The notes under the pieces are model-generated. The model searched no databases. It was given only the letters and a program-made list of their open reading frames with translations, and was not told where the DNA came from. Positions 38,290 through 51,300 of a stretch of DNA of 64,000 nt are shown here, in pieces. This DNA comes from Camelus dromedarius. Lineage: Eukaryota. A program made the translations under genes and the position numbers. Position 1 is the first letter of the stretch; every line of letters starts with the position of its first letter. The DNA lies in the NCBI RefSeq assembly GCF_036321535.1, contig NC_087437.1:54934001-54998000 (forward strand). The letters are read 5' to 3'.

Positions 38290-39950
38290 ATTTTTTAAAA
38301 ATTAGGCTTCCCCATGATATTCTTGCCCATTATTTAAATTTGGTTTCATGCCCTTCAATACATTTTTATAATATTCTTCATTTAAGTCATATACCTTTCC
38401 TCAGTAACCTTATTCCAAGATAAATCAGTTTTTGTTGCTATTATGCAATCTTTTGTTTGTTTCCATTTCTAAATACTAATGGCTTGTATAAAAGGAAGCT
38501 CTTGACTCTTGCTTATCTATCCAAACCCCTTTCTGTATTATGTTATTAGTTCTATAACTCTTTTGTTGGGGTCACTTGGATTCTTTTAAGCATACAGTGT
38601 TTTTACCAATTTTGTATGTTCTTTCCCAGTGTTTATATTGCTTATCTCATTTTCTTGTCTTATGGCTTTACTGTATTTTTTAAAATATTATTGAATGATA
38701 GCAATGATATTAGACATCTTTTCTTGTTACGTATTTCAATAGCAATGCCTTTAGTTTTTCCTGTTTTCATACATTTACTAGTAGCTTCAGTCAAATTTTT
38801 TTTTATTATAGGAGACTTCATTCTACTTCTCTCTTACCTGGGTTTTTAAAATTAGAAATGGCCATTAAATTTTATTAAATTTTTAGATTTACTCAGCCTT
38901 ACTTACATTTTTTTCTTTTATCTGTTCATATAAATGATATATGTTAATGCAATTCCTAAAGTAGATCCATCCTTAACATTGTTCGTATAAGTTCTACTTT
39001 ATAATTTTTACCACTTAATAATCTGATAGCTTCAAGTTGTTAATGCTATTCATTTAGAATCCTGTACCCATGTTCATAAATTACGATTCATCTGTATGTT
39101 TCTTTTTGCACAACATTATATTTTGGTGTTAAGCCTAGGCTAACCTCCTAAAATCAGTTTGAAAGCTTCCCATTTTTAAATATGGTCTAGAATAGTTTGG
39201 TTCACTTAGAAATTAGATCTTCCTTAAATGGAAAAGTGAACTGACCTTTGAAGTCATGTCTTTTATTGGTAAATCTTTAACAAACTTTTAAATTTCTTCA
39301 GTGATTATTGGGCTACTGAAGGTTTTTTTGTTTTGGTTTTGTTTTGGTTTCTATTTTTAAACTTCTAATGGCATTCACTCGGTAGTTTATACTCAAATGC
39401 TAGAAAAACCATCTGTTTCATCAAGATTTTTAACTGGGTTAGCGTGATATAAGCATATTATTACCCACTTATAATTTTTAAAATATCTATACCTCTTAAG
39501 AATTTTGTCTATTTTTCCTCTTTTCCTTTTAGCTAACCTCTTCAAAGAGTTTTCTTATGTATATGTGTTTGTGGAGTTTTGTTTGTCATCTAGCGCAGTC
39601 CTTTTAGTGTGTAACTTTATCAGTTTCTGCTTCCTACTTTATTTTAGTTCATTTAGTTATCCTTTGTTGTAGCATCTTAATCTGAAATGTTGGTTCAGTT
39701 ATTCTCTAGCTCTTTGTTTAATAATAAAAGTATTCTTTTGTAAATATCCCTCTAACTTCATCTGTGTCCATTGGTTTTGATATGACTTTTTAGATTTATT
39801 ATAAATTTCATAATTCAGTTGTTCTTCCATCTATGTATTTATTTCCAAGTTATTTTTATCTTTTTATTTTTAGAAATTTATTTAGAAAATCATCTCCAAC
39901 TTATTTTTATCTTTTTATTTTTCCAATTTTTTTTTTAATTGAAAGAAATT
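38290..39950 (-). mobile_element. Ancient, heavily decayed L1 ORF2-region fragment
   Basis: T-rich antisense L1-like sequence (tttttgttgctatt..., ttgaatgatagcaatgata...catcttttcttgtt). Confidence 0.65.
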
Positions 39951-40209
39951 AAGTCTTGGAATGTATTGCTGACATGTAAATTCCTGACTGAGCATTGTAA
40001 AATATGTTCAGCTCATTGCTGAATATGGTATTTTGTCAGCTGGGAACACTAAATACCCCCACTTAACATGATATTTGTAAAGCTCAGAGCAGCATTGGGG
40101 TTCCTGTACACTTTGGCAATTGCCCCATGGCTAATCTGGCCAATTTCCAATTCCTCAGGGAGAGACAAAGAGTTGTCTCATTGCCACCTGCTATTAACTA
40201 AATACTTAG

Positions 40210-40402
40210 GATTCAGTGTCCTACGGGTGACTGGGAGACAGGGGAATGGATTATTGTGGCAGCCTGTGGAACCTCCTTCCCTGGGGAATTTTGAGAACAG
40301 CAAAGAACCATCTGTCTTGGGTGGTTTTAAGAGCAGCCCTGCCTAAAGGCAGGTGCACGGATTAGATGACCTGTGAAGATTGTCATCCATCCCAGTGACT
40401 TC
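40210..40402 (+). mobile_element. L3/CR1 LINE 3' end
   Basis: tgtggaacctccttccctgggg...catctgtcttgggtggttt...cctgcctaaaggcagg...gattagatgacct matches the CR1/L3 3' terminus as I recall it. Confidence 0.8.
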
Positions 40403-41309
40403 AGTGGAAAGGATGCATTTGCTGAGTTTGAAAAGAGTCCAGGAGAAACACTGATAGGCTTGAGGAGCATGTGGTCAAGAGCTCGAGGGTATTCAACCCT
40501 TCTTGAAATTGGAGCCACTCAGTGTCACCCTGTGCCCTGAATTAAAGAATACCATCCTCTGCATGTGAACCCATTATCCACTTATTCCACTGTACACTTT
40601 TGGCAACTGCCTAATGGCTAATTGATAGTTATGTGCATATGGAGTTCAAAATGGAGTAGTTCGAATCAGTGATCACAAGCAGAATTCTTTTTTTAAGAGA
40701 TAGCTCAACTGATCCATACCCATACATTTAAATGCACTGTTGAGCTTGATTCTTTTGGTTAAGCCAGATCATCATGCACTGACCCACTGACCTTGACTTT
40801 TCTAAACTTGTTCCTCAGAGGTTATTCTGTGTTTGTTTCAGGCAATTAAACGGCCTGATTAATCCTTCAGCAGAGCTGCCCTAAGTATATCAACAATAAA
40901 TGTATTATAGGTACAAGTTAAATCACCTGAATTGTGATCCAATTTTATTGTATTTAATGTACTAATCAATTTTAAAGTCATAAAGGAAGAGAAATACCCC
41001 CAAATCTTTCCAGCATGATATGTCAGGCATAAGGATTGGAGTTAGAAATCAGCAATAGCCAGACAGCAAAGGTAGGCACGGGACAGGCCAGCCGACTCAC
41101 TGAGCCATTCCAGCAGAATCAGAGGGATTATGACGTAGGGTAGCCCTGCGTGCAAGAGGTGGTCCTGATGAGCAGAATGGGAGGAACGGACTAATTAGAA
41201 GAGGTAGACAGGACCAGCCACAAATCTCTCCCGAAAGTTTGAACTACTTTAAAAATAAGAGTTACGGCTTATCCAAAGAGTAGTGCTTTCAGGAAGAAAA
41301 AAAAGAAGA

Positions 41310-42360
41310 TAGTTCCGTAACTCATAGTATCTACTCAATCCAGATGGATTAAAGAATTCAAACAACAATTTTTTTAAACCTAAGGTGAAATGTAATCTGA
41401 ATGAAATGTAATCAGGTCTGAATTGATTTGATCTAGTATTGGGAAAGGAGTTGCTTCATACTTTATGCTTATAAAGCAATAAGGAGCAATAACAAAAGAA
41501 GTTACCATAGATTTGAGAAAAAAATGTAAAGTGTTTGTAAATGTCAGACATAAAATTAAGAAACAAATAAATGGGAATTATATTTGTAATAAATATGGTA
41601 AATAATTATTTGCAATACATATGATATATGTGGTATGAAACCTTTTACACAATTAGAGGAATTCCAGTAGGGAAACACAAAGGATGCAGACAGTTCTTAA
41701 AGGAGTAAATACAATGGATATTAACTTAAAAGAAATTTCATTCTCACCAAAATGAAAGTTAAACCGTCTGAAGTCTAGTTTTTCATCTATGAAATCTGCA
41801 AAGATTTAGGAAAAGAAACTACTCTCACTTGCAGCTGGTAGGAGTGTAAATTGGCCCAACGATTCTAGAAGATTATCTGGCAATATTCCTCCAGAACTTT
41901 AAATGTTTCATAGCTCTCAATCCAAATAGACAGATGGACAGGCAGACAGAGAAATAGATGCCCATATGAAGAGATATATCATCTATCTATCCTAAGGAAA
42001 TAGAAACATGAACAAAACCTGTTAACAAAAATGATCACTGTGGAACAATTTATAATGAGAACTAGAAAGTCTAAATGACCCAAAATAGGAGACTTGTTTT
42101 ATAAAATATTATAGATCCCAAATGGTGAGATATTATTACAATATTATATTTGAAGAATTTAATATACTTAGAAAAATGCTCTTCTATGGAGGAAGAATGG
42201 TTTAAACTTATGTATTTAGTATGATCAAACTTAAGTAAAAACACATTAAAATGCGGACTGTTTCTCGATAATTAGATCGTATGATTATTATTTTCTTGAT
42301 CATTTTTCTTAATTTTCAAATTACCTACAATGAACATGTGTTATTTTTATAATCATAAAA
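41310..42360 (+). mobile_element. Ancient L1 (L1ME-like) ORF2 3' part and 3' UTR
   Basis: atggattaaaga...gctggtaggagtgtaaattgg...tacctacaatgaacatgtgttatttttataatc. Confidence 0.7.
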
Positions 42361-43403
42361 TATTTGGGGGAAAAAGAGAGATAGAACTAACTAGCAAAAT
42401 AAAAATGTAGGAAAGAACAAGGCAGGGAAGTTCTGAGTGGGATAGTGAAGAGATCCCTAGACTGGGAGTCAGGGAACTTAGATTCTAGACTCCAGAGAGA
42501 TCTTTGAGACTGTCTCTTCTGGCTCAAAGGTTCTGTGAGCCAGCATTTTACCCAAGAGCCCTTCCCTGTGTACCCATGGGCCTGCCAACCCTGGTAGACA
42601 GTAAACAGCCCAGATTAAATTTCCTGTGGATGAATTTCCAAGCTCCTGCCCATTGGGCACCCTTTTTTACTCTCCTGGAAGGGATCTAAGAAATTACTGG
42701 TGCCATGTGCACCTTTCCCACTTCACGTCAGCTCTGAGATGGGGGAAGCACACATTCGGTAACATCTTTGGTCTCAGGCAGTTCTAGATCCAGACACCAC
42801 TTCAGCACCAGGGTGTTTCTGTCTGATGTTGGCTATGGTTTGTTGCTGAATATACCTATCATGGAGTTTTGAAATGTTTAGTGGCCTTCAGAAATGTGGC
42901 AGTGCCCTCTACGTATGGGACTGAGGAAACCTAAATCCACCTTTTTCAACTCTGCCATTCAGATTGAAATTGTAGTCATTGTGTCCAGGCAACCTTTAGT
43001 TTAGAAAAATCCATGCTGCTTGAATGGTCTACAGCTTAGCCGTCATTTTAGCTCCTTATCAGCTCCAACCTACCTGCTCTAAGATATGGCCTATTCCATT
43101 TAAACTGTTCTCATTTGCTTTTTTTTTTTTTTTATATTCCAGACATAAGTTGAAGTATCTTGTCTGTTGGAGCCTCCCTCCCCAACATTCATTCTCTTTT
43201 TCTTCCCTTTCCCCCACCCTCACTCTTTCCTGTTACTATTTTGGTTACCTGTAGAGTAGAGTCTGGGAGTGCATTTTTGTTCTTAGTCCAGCATCTTGAT
43301 CAGTTATTATAAGGAAATTAAATTTTATAGCAAACAAGTCCTCAGCAGTGTGATTTCCAGGTCATAAGGATCAGTCATGCAGGGAACCCGCAGACTATCT
43401 GAC

Positions 43404-43458
<55 letters not shown>

Positions 43459-43502
43459 GTAACAACAACAACAATAATGATGATGATGATGATGATGATG
43501 AT
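43404..43502. repeat. Compound trinucleotide microsatellite (AAT)18-AGT-(AAC)4-(AAT)2-(GAT)8
   Basis: Read directly; it gives the poly-N/poly-D ORF. Confidence 0.97.
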
Positions 43503-43810
43503 GCATTTATAGATGTGCGAGGTGCTGTCCCATGTTCTTTTTATGCATTGACTTATGTAATTACCACAGCAACTCTGATTATGATTATATCCTTTTAATA
43601 TAAATAATATTTAATAAATATTAAATTATATATTTAATAATATTATTAGATAATAAAGCATTACATGTGTTTTACAGGTGAGAAAACTTATGCCCAGGTA
43701 GGTTAGGTGACTTGCCCAAGGACATACACCAGTAAGTGACAAAGCCAGGTTTTAAAGGCAGAGAATATGACTTCAGAAACCTTGCTCCTAAGTGTTCTTC
43801 TCTAAATACA
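43503..43810 (-). mobile_element. MIR SINE interrupted by an AT-rich patch (~43594-43657)
   Basis: ttttacaggtgagaaaact...ggttaggtgacttgcccaagg...agtaagtgacaaagccagg. Confidence 0.8.
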
Positions 43811-46664
43811 GTAATGTGACTGAGACTCGCTAGAGAATTTTGGTCTACCCTAGTGGTGACGGTAAAGCTCTGTATTTTACTGTGGTGATTTATACAGGTA
43901 TGAGGGATCCCCATTTCTAAACATAGTCACTTTCTAGAATGTGGGCTGCTTTTAATGTAACTAGTTTCTTAGCTGCTAAGCCAAGCTTTCTGATGTCCCC
44001 TAATTCTTACCTTTGAACACTTAATTGGATCCCTGGTGCTATGTCTATTTGACTTTTGTTGTGAAAGTTACGTTCAAGTTACTCCTTCATTTGACACTGT
44101 CAAGACATAATTCCTATAAACCAAGCAATGATGTACCTTTCAGCTGTCACTATGAGAACATTAACTGGCATAAATATCAAACTGTTTCCTTGCAAAGACT
44201 TGCTGTCCTGATTGTTTAAAAAATTCTCTTAAAAATGATGGCTTAGCACTGTTTATACTTATTTGAAGTCTTCCTGATATCAGGCATTGGTTGGGATCCA
44301 CGTGGAGTGTGTGAATGAATGTTTTTGCTGTAAGGTTCCTCAAGATCTCATGGTGGGGATCAGGCAGTTATACAAAGCCCTGTAACAGGATCTGAATTAG
44401 TATGCTGTCCTGAAAAGAGTTAACATTTCTACAGTAATTTGAAGACATTAGATGTTCTGTATATTTTGCAAGTATAAAGAAAGGGTTCCTGAATAACCCA
44501 ACAGAAACATGGGTCAAAATTTTAAACAGGCAATTCATAGAAGGGGAAATACTGCAGCATTTAAGAGAAAGAGAGTAGGAGAGGGAGGAGAGAAAGAAGG
44601 AAAGGATTCTTGGCTGGCTTCCGTTAGAAAGCAGCATTTGAGGCAGGACTTGGATAATCACGGGTACTTACGATTGGTGTAGTCAGGATGCCGGGGCGTG
44701 GAGAAGCGGGAGTAACCTGAGCAAAGACGTGGAAGCTGGGAACGTGCAGCACCTGGGAGACGCGTCAGGAGGCAAGCCCGCGCAATTCCCTGTGATGCTG
44801 GAGGGTCTGTGCTGGTTCCTAGGGGAGGCACAGAGATCGCATTTTACAGCCCCAGAATGGAGAGCTTTTAATTTCAACTGCCGTGTTGTTGCGTAATCCC
44901 TTGGGAGATAGAATTCTGGAAACTAGGGTAGGGGAGGGGGAGTGGGGGGGGGAGGATGATAAGATAAATCTAGACGTTCTTGAAAATTTGTTCCATCTAT
45001 TAGAAGAGGCTTATCACTGAAGATGGGAATTAGTTACTTCAGGGTCACAAATATTCTTGACAAACCAGTTTTGCATGGATGTAACTGTTATCTATGAGCC
45101 TACTAAAGACCAGAATTTTCCACAGCCCTTTGAGTTGCCTATCTTTATCTCCTGCTGAAGGCCAGAATCTGGAGTAATCCCTTACTCTTGCTTGATAATA
45201 AAATAGTTTGACTGACAGCAATGTCTTTTTTATAATAATCTCTGAAAGTTGCTTCTTCGGTCTCCATGTGTATCTCACACTTCATGAAGGTAATGATCAA
45301 TGAATTTGTTGATACTAAAAAGTAATTTAAAAAATTGGCTTTTGCTTCTAAAGCTGAATGTCCACAGAACTCTGCAAGGGTGTTATCTATATGTGTCTAG
45401 AGCCAAAATGTATTTCCATATGCACTAACCGACTCTGGAAGATGATTTCTTCCAGGTTGTCAATAAGAGAGCTAATGTGGACATTAACACAGGCGTCATC
45501 AAGCCAGTTACACTGTTTACTAAATGCTACTTTTGCAGTAGGTACTGCAAATGGTATCTAATGGGCCCTGAGCCTTAATTTGCTCATAATAATGACAATG
45601 AGTAAATGGATCTACCTGCAGACTTCAGAGTGTACTCCTGCATTTTAGGACTACAAGAAAAAAGTAATAGAGTAATATGTTTTATGCTCTGCTACATTCA
45701 TATTTTCTATTAAAGCGTATCTTTCTAAGTTCAGTATCTGACATCAATTTTAATAAGGAGAAATTACATTTAATTGTGTCTCTATCCTTTCACATTAATC
45801 CATTATGAGTATTTTAGTCCACAGAATTAGAAAAAGTACATTCACTTATTAGTAAAGAATATTCCTTCATAAGGAGTGCTTTACACTTCAGAACCTCATA
45901 ACTTACTTTAAATATTTCAGGCATGATAAATGGTAAGAAAGGAAAAATAAGCTTAAATTCATTAGGGTGAAGACCATTTAGAAGTTTTTTGTCTTCAGAT
46001 TTTGATCATACAGTTAAATTTACTTGATGTACTCAGTAAGTTGAAAAATTCCTGTCTTTCTATAGTGATTCATGAGACATGGCTTCATCATCCTGAAACA
46101 CTTTTAAATTTGATTCTTGTCACTTGTAAAATGATTATCATCTTTCCCATACCAGGAAACAAAAAAGTATGTGGTTTTGTTTGTTTAACATTAAAAACCA
46201 GGTACCAATTCTGATCTCTTGACAGAATGTAAAATTTCTCTATTGATCATCTGACTCTACTCAGTTCACATGACCGTGTATAATTATTGTTTTTAAGCAA
46301 ATAAAAAAATTGAGGGAAAATATTAATTTATTTGAGAAGATATATATACATATGTTCTTCTGGGGAAGAGAATAAATTAAAAGGCATTAGTATGTTTCAT
46401 GGGTATGCACCATTAAAAAAAAATCAAAACACTAATTTTTAGTATCTTTATAGAGGAAGTTAGTAAAGGAAACATGATTTTTTCCTGACCATGTTATTTA
46501 AACAAGCAACCTTGAAATTTTACAGAAAATTTTTATGGAAAAGAAATACAATAGAACCTTCTTCAATGCATTTGGGTCCACTGAGCTAATCAAATTACAC
46601 TTTGAATTGGGGAATCCCAGTTGAGAGAAGAGAGAGACTACATAATTTAATTTTAACATTTTTA

Positions 46665-47655
46665 TTTTGGTACTAGTCCCCCCACTGTTTTAATTACTGT
46701 AACCTTAGAAACAAATCTTTTTTTTTTTTTCATTGAAGTACAGTCAGTTACAATGTGTCAATTTCTGGTGTACAGCACAATGTCTCAGTCATGCATATTC
46801 ATACTTATATTTATTTTCATATTCTTTTTCATTAAAGATTATTATAAGATATTGAACATAGTTCCCTGTGCTATATAGAAGAAATGTTTTTAATCTGTTT
46901 TTATATATAGTGGCTAACATTTGTAAATCTCAAACTCCCAAATTTATCCCTTCTCACCCCCTTTCCTTGGTAACCAAAAGATTGATTACTATGTCTGTGA
47001 GTCTGCTTCTGTTTTATAGATGAGTTCATAGTGTCCTTTTTTTTTTTTTTTAGATTCCACATATGAGTGCTATCATATGATATTTTTCTTTCTCTTTCTG
47101 GCTTACTTCACTTAGAATGATGAGCTCTGAGTCCATCCATGTTGCTGCAGGTGGCATTATTTCATTCTTTTTTATGGCTGAGTAGTATTCCATTGTATAA
47201 ATGTACCGTAACTTCTTTATCCAGTCATCTGTCGATGGGAATTTAGGTTGCTTCCATGTCTTAGCTATTGTATATATTGCTGTGAACATTGAGGTGCATG
47301 TATCTTTTCAAATTAGAGTTCCTTCCAGATATATAGCCAGAAGTGGGATTGCTGGATTAGAAGCAAATTTTGTTATCAGAAAATGAAAGTCCTCCAACTT
47401 TATTCTTTTAAAAAATTATTTGGACCATTCTGCATTCTTTGCATTCCATGTAAAATTTACAATCAGTTTACCAATTTGTACCAATAAAATCTGGTAGGAT
47501 TTACATTTGATAAATCATACTGGGGAGAAATGACACCCTAACAATACTGTCTTCTAATATGTGGACATGGCATATTTTTCTCTTTATTTAGATCTTCTTG
47601 AATTTCTCTCAGCAGTGTTTTACGGTTCTGATTGTAAAGGTCTTGCACATATTTT
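46665..47655 (-). mobile_element. Inverted ORF2 segment of an old L1, split by a younger L1
   Basis: cactgttttaattactgtaac | gttatcagaaaatgaaagtcctccaactttattc...gtcttgcacatatttt forms continuous antisense L1 ORF2 once 46717-47356 is removed. Confidence 0.7.
46717..47356 (-). mobile_element. Young cetartiodactyl/camelid-type 5'-truncated L1 with poly(A) and TSD
   Basis: ORF 47050..47289(-) MFTAIYTIAKTWKQPKFPSTDDWIKK is the L1 ORF2 C-terminus. T-run at 46718-46730. TSD ttagaaacaaat (46705-46716) / ttagaagcaaat (47357-47368). Confidence 0.92.
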
Positions 47656-47865
47656 GGGTCGTAGACCTAAATGTCAAAGCTAAATTATAAAACTTCTACA
47701 GGAAAACATAGAAAATCCTTATGATGCTGAAGGAAGCAAAGATTTCCTACAGAAGACACCAAAAAAAAAAAAAAAAAAGCCAAAAAAGAAAAACATAATC
47801 AATTGGATTTTATAAAAATTTTAAGGCTTTGGCTTTTCAGAAAAACCTCAACTTAAAAATGAAAT
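47656..47865 (+). mobile_element. Old L1 ORF2, sense segment (continues at ~51300)
   Basis: gacctaaatgtcaaagctaaattataaaacttctacaggaaaacatag corresponds to the L1 DLNV..KLLEENI region. Confidence 0.75.
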
Positions 47866-47869
47866 GAAG

Positions 47870-50800
47870 TTCTGGTCCAAGATGGCAGTGTAGGAAGGCC
47901 CTGAACTCACTTTATCCCACAGATATCCTACAGTTCCTCCTAAAGAACGAAGGACTGATTGAATGGCTTCTGCACAACAAACAATAGAGGGACCACACAG
48001 AGTTGGGTAGGACAGACAGAGATATAGGTATTGACAGGAAGCTCACTTCCAAGGCAGCAGCCTGCAGTGGGAAAGGATATCACTGAGGGGCCTACACACA
48101 GACTTACCCACCCTGAAGCACAGTTATAAATGAGCAGTTTAAAGGGCACTTAGAGTGCATGTGAAAGAAATCTATTCACTAACCCTAAAGCATCTGCCAA
48201 ATGGCCAAGGAACTGCTGAAACTGTCTCTGGAGTCCCAGAGAGTGTCATTTTTTGTATTCCTCCTCCACGTTATAGTACGCACAGGAACATGGCCCAGGT
48301 GCTCTCACCCCAGCATGCCCCAGGTCCCTGGCCCACGCCAGCTCTAGCTGTTCCACCAAGGCAGCCCCCCGTAGGGGCCCTCCCAGGATCACTCTGGCTT
48401 GTGCTCACTCCAGGGATCCCACCTAGGTGGTCCTGGCGTGGCATGCTCCAAGACCCCTAGACCACGCCCCTTCCAGCTCCAGCTGGTCTGCCAAAGCCAA
48501 TGGGCACATGCAGTCTATACAAGATTGGGAGAGGTAGCTGTCTTGCCTAATTAATAGTGAAAAAAAACACAGAAAGTCAAGCAAAATGAGGAGAGGAATA
48601 TGTTCTAAATGAAAGAACAGTATAAAATCCCAAGGAAGGAAATGAAATAGAGATAAGTAATTTACCTGATGAAGGGTTCAAAAATGGCAGAAAGATGCTC
48701 ACTGAGCTAAAGAGAAGAGTGGATGAACTCAGTGAGAATGTTGGCAAATAGAAAATATTTTTTAAAAATCAGAACTGAAGAATACAATAACTAAAATGAA
48801 AAATATACTAGAGGGAGTCAACAACAGATTAAAAGATACAGAAGAATGGATCAGTGATCTAGAATACAGAATAGTGAACTTACCTAATCAGAACAGCAAA
48901 AATGGGGGAAAAGATTACTGAGGATAGTTTAAGGGACCTCTGGGACAAAATCAAGCGTACTTACATTTCCATTATAGGGGCCCCAGAAGGAGAAGAAAGA
49001 AAGGTTCAGAAAACATATTTGAAAAAATAATGGCTGAAAACTTTCTTAACCTTGATTAGAAAACAGATATCAGGTCTAAGAAGCATAGAGCCCCAAACAA
49101 GTTGAACCCTAATATAGCTACATCAAGTTATGTCATAGTTTAAATGGTGAAAGCTAAATATAGAGTGTTTAAGGCAGCAAGACAAAAACAACTAGTCACA
49201 TACAAGGGAACCCCCATTAAACTATCAACTAGTTTTTCAGCAGAAATTTTTCAGGCCAGAATGGAATAATGATGTATTTAAAGTGCAAGAAAAACAAAAT
49301 TTGAAACCAAGAAAAGTCTTGCAAGGTTATCATTAAGAACTGAAGGAGAAATAATATTAGTTTCCCAGATGAAAAAAACCAAAGGGGTTCATCACCACCA
49401 AATTGGCCTTGCAAGAAATGTTCAAGTGTCTCAAGTGGAGTAGAAAAGCCATACTAGAAATAAGAAAATATATGACAGAAAAAAATCTCACAGATTAAGG
49501 CAAATACATAGTAAAGGCAGTGGATCAGCTACTTAAAAAGCTAGTATGAAGGTTTAAAGACAAAAGTAGTAAAATGAACTATAACTGCAATAAGTAATTA
49601 GGGATACACAAAATTAAAATATGTAAAGTATGACATCAAAAAAAATATACAAAATTAAAATGCAGAAATTTGTTGCATTTTTATACATTAATAATGAACT
49701 ATCAGAAAAGAAAGTGAAGAAAATAATTCCACTTACGAGTCCATCAAAAAGAATAAAATACCCAGGAATAAATTTAACCAAGGATGTGAAAGACCTGTTC
49801 TCTGGAAACTATTAAGACATTGATGAAAATAATTCTTATGGAAGAATACAGAACAAATAAATGGAAAGATATACTGTGCTTGTGGATTGGAATTAATATT
49901 GTTAAAATGTCCAAGGCAATCTACCGATTTAGTGCAACTCCTATCAAAGTACCCATGGCATTGTTCACAGAAATAGAACAAATAATTCTAAAATTTGTAT
50001 GGAACCACAAAATACCCCAAATAGTCTAAGCAATCCTAAGAAAGAAGAACAAAACTGGAGATAACATCCACCCTGATTTCAAACTATACTGTAAAGCTAT
50101 GGTAATCAAAACATAATGGTATTGGACATACTAATCAATGGAATAACACTTAACTGGCCAATTAGTCTATGACAAGGAGACAAGAATATAACAATGGAAA
50201 AAAAACAGTCTCTTCAATAAATGTTGAGAAAATTGTACAGCTACATGCAAAAGAATGAAAAAACTACTTTCTTACACCATAAACAAAAAGAAACTTAAAG
50301 TGAAGTAAAGACTTAAATATAAGATCTGAAACCATAAAACTTCTAGAAAAAAAACTGGTCTTAGCAATATTTTGGGAGGATCTGTTTCCTCAGTTGAGGG
50401 CAACAAAAGGCAAAAATAAAGAAATGGGACTACATCAAATTTTAAAAATGTTTGCACAGTGAAGAAAACTAACAAAATGAAAACAACTTAATGAATAGAA
50501 GAAGATATTTTTAAATGATATGCTGATAAGCAATTAATATCCAAAATATATAAAGAACTCATACAATTCAATATCAAAAAAACAACCTGTTTGAAAAGTA
50601 GACAGTTGATCTGAATAGCCATTTCCCAACGAAGAAGTATAGATGGCCAATAAACACATGAAATTACATTCAGCATCACTAATCAGCAGTGAAATGCAAA
50701 TCAAAACCACAGTGAGAGATACCACCTCACCCCTCTCAGAATGGCTATCATCAAAAAGACAAGAAATAATAAATGTTGGAGAGGTTGTGGGGGAAAGGGA

Positions 50801-51300
50801 ACCCTGGTGCACTGATTGTGGGAATGCAAATTGGAACCATCACTTATGGGCAACCCTATGCAGTTTTCTCAAAAAACTAAAAATGGAGCTACCATACAAT
50901 CCAGCAATTTCACTTCTAGATCTTTATACATAGAAAACAAAAACACTAATTCAAAAAAATATGCATCCTAATGTTCACTGCAGCATTATTTACAACAGCC
51001 AAGCAATCTACGTGCTTTGATAGATGAATGGATAAAAAAAAGAGTGGAACATTTCACAGTCATGAAAAAATCATGAAACCTTGCCATTTGCAACAGCAGG
51101 AATGGACCTAGAGAGTATTATGCTGAGTAAAATAAGTTAGACATAGGACAAATACCATGTTATTTTACCTCCCTCCCCTCTTGTAACCATCAGTAAATTT
51201 TTTATATTGAGTATGTTGTAGAGTATACAGATGTAGAAATATAATGTTGTGCATATGAAACTTACCTAATGTTATAAACTAGTGTTACCTCAGTAAATGT
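47870..51300 (+). mobile_element. Internally deleted L1: 5' UTR, decayed ORF1 (~48585-49430), 3' part of ORF2, 3' UTR
   Basis: Starts with caagatggc (YY1-type L1 5' end). ORF1 marks include agggacctctgggacaa and cacatacaagggaacccccat. ORF2 peptides [26 protein letters not shown] and [14 protein letters not shown] are present, with many stops and frameshifts. Confidence 0.92.

Noticed and set aside
42900..42913. CTCF-like CAGTGCCCTCTACG
   Set aside because: It matches only half of the motif; the conserved CCA end is absent.
43377..43598. Poly-Asn/poly-Asp ORF
   Set aside because: Trinucleotide microsatellite plus MIR; no coding evidence.
43670..43685. ttttacag|gtgaga as a recursive splice site
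   Set aside because: It is a one-base variant of the antisense MIR core (ttttacagatgag), which is very common genome-wide.
49630..50933. Reverse-transcriptase-like ORFs as a functional or novel RT system
   Set aside because: Fragmented L1 ORF2 with stops and frameshifts; the endonuclease and catalytic RT core are missing.
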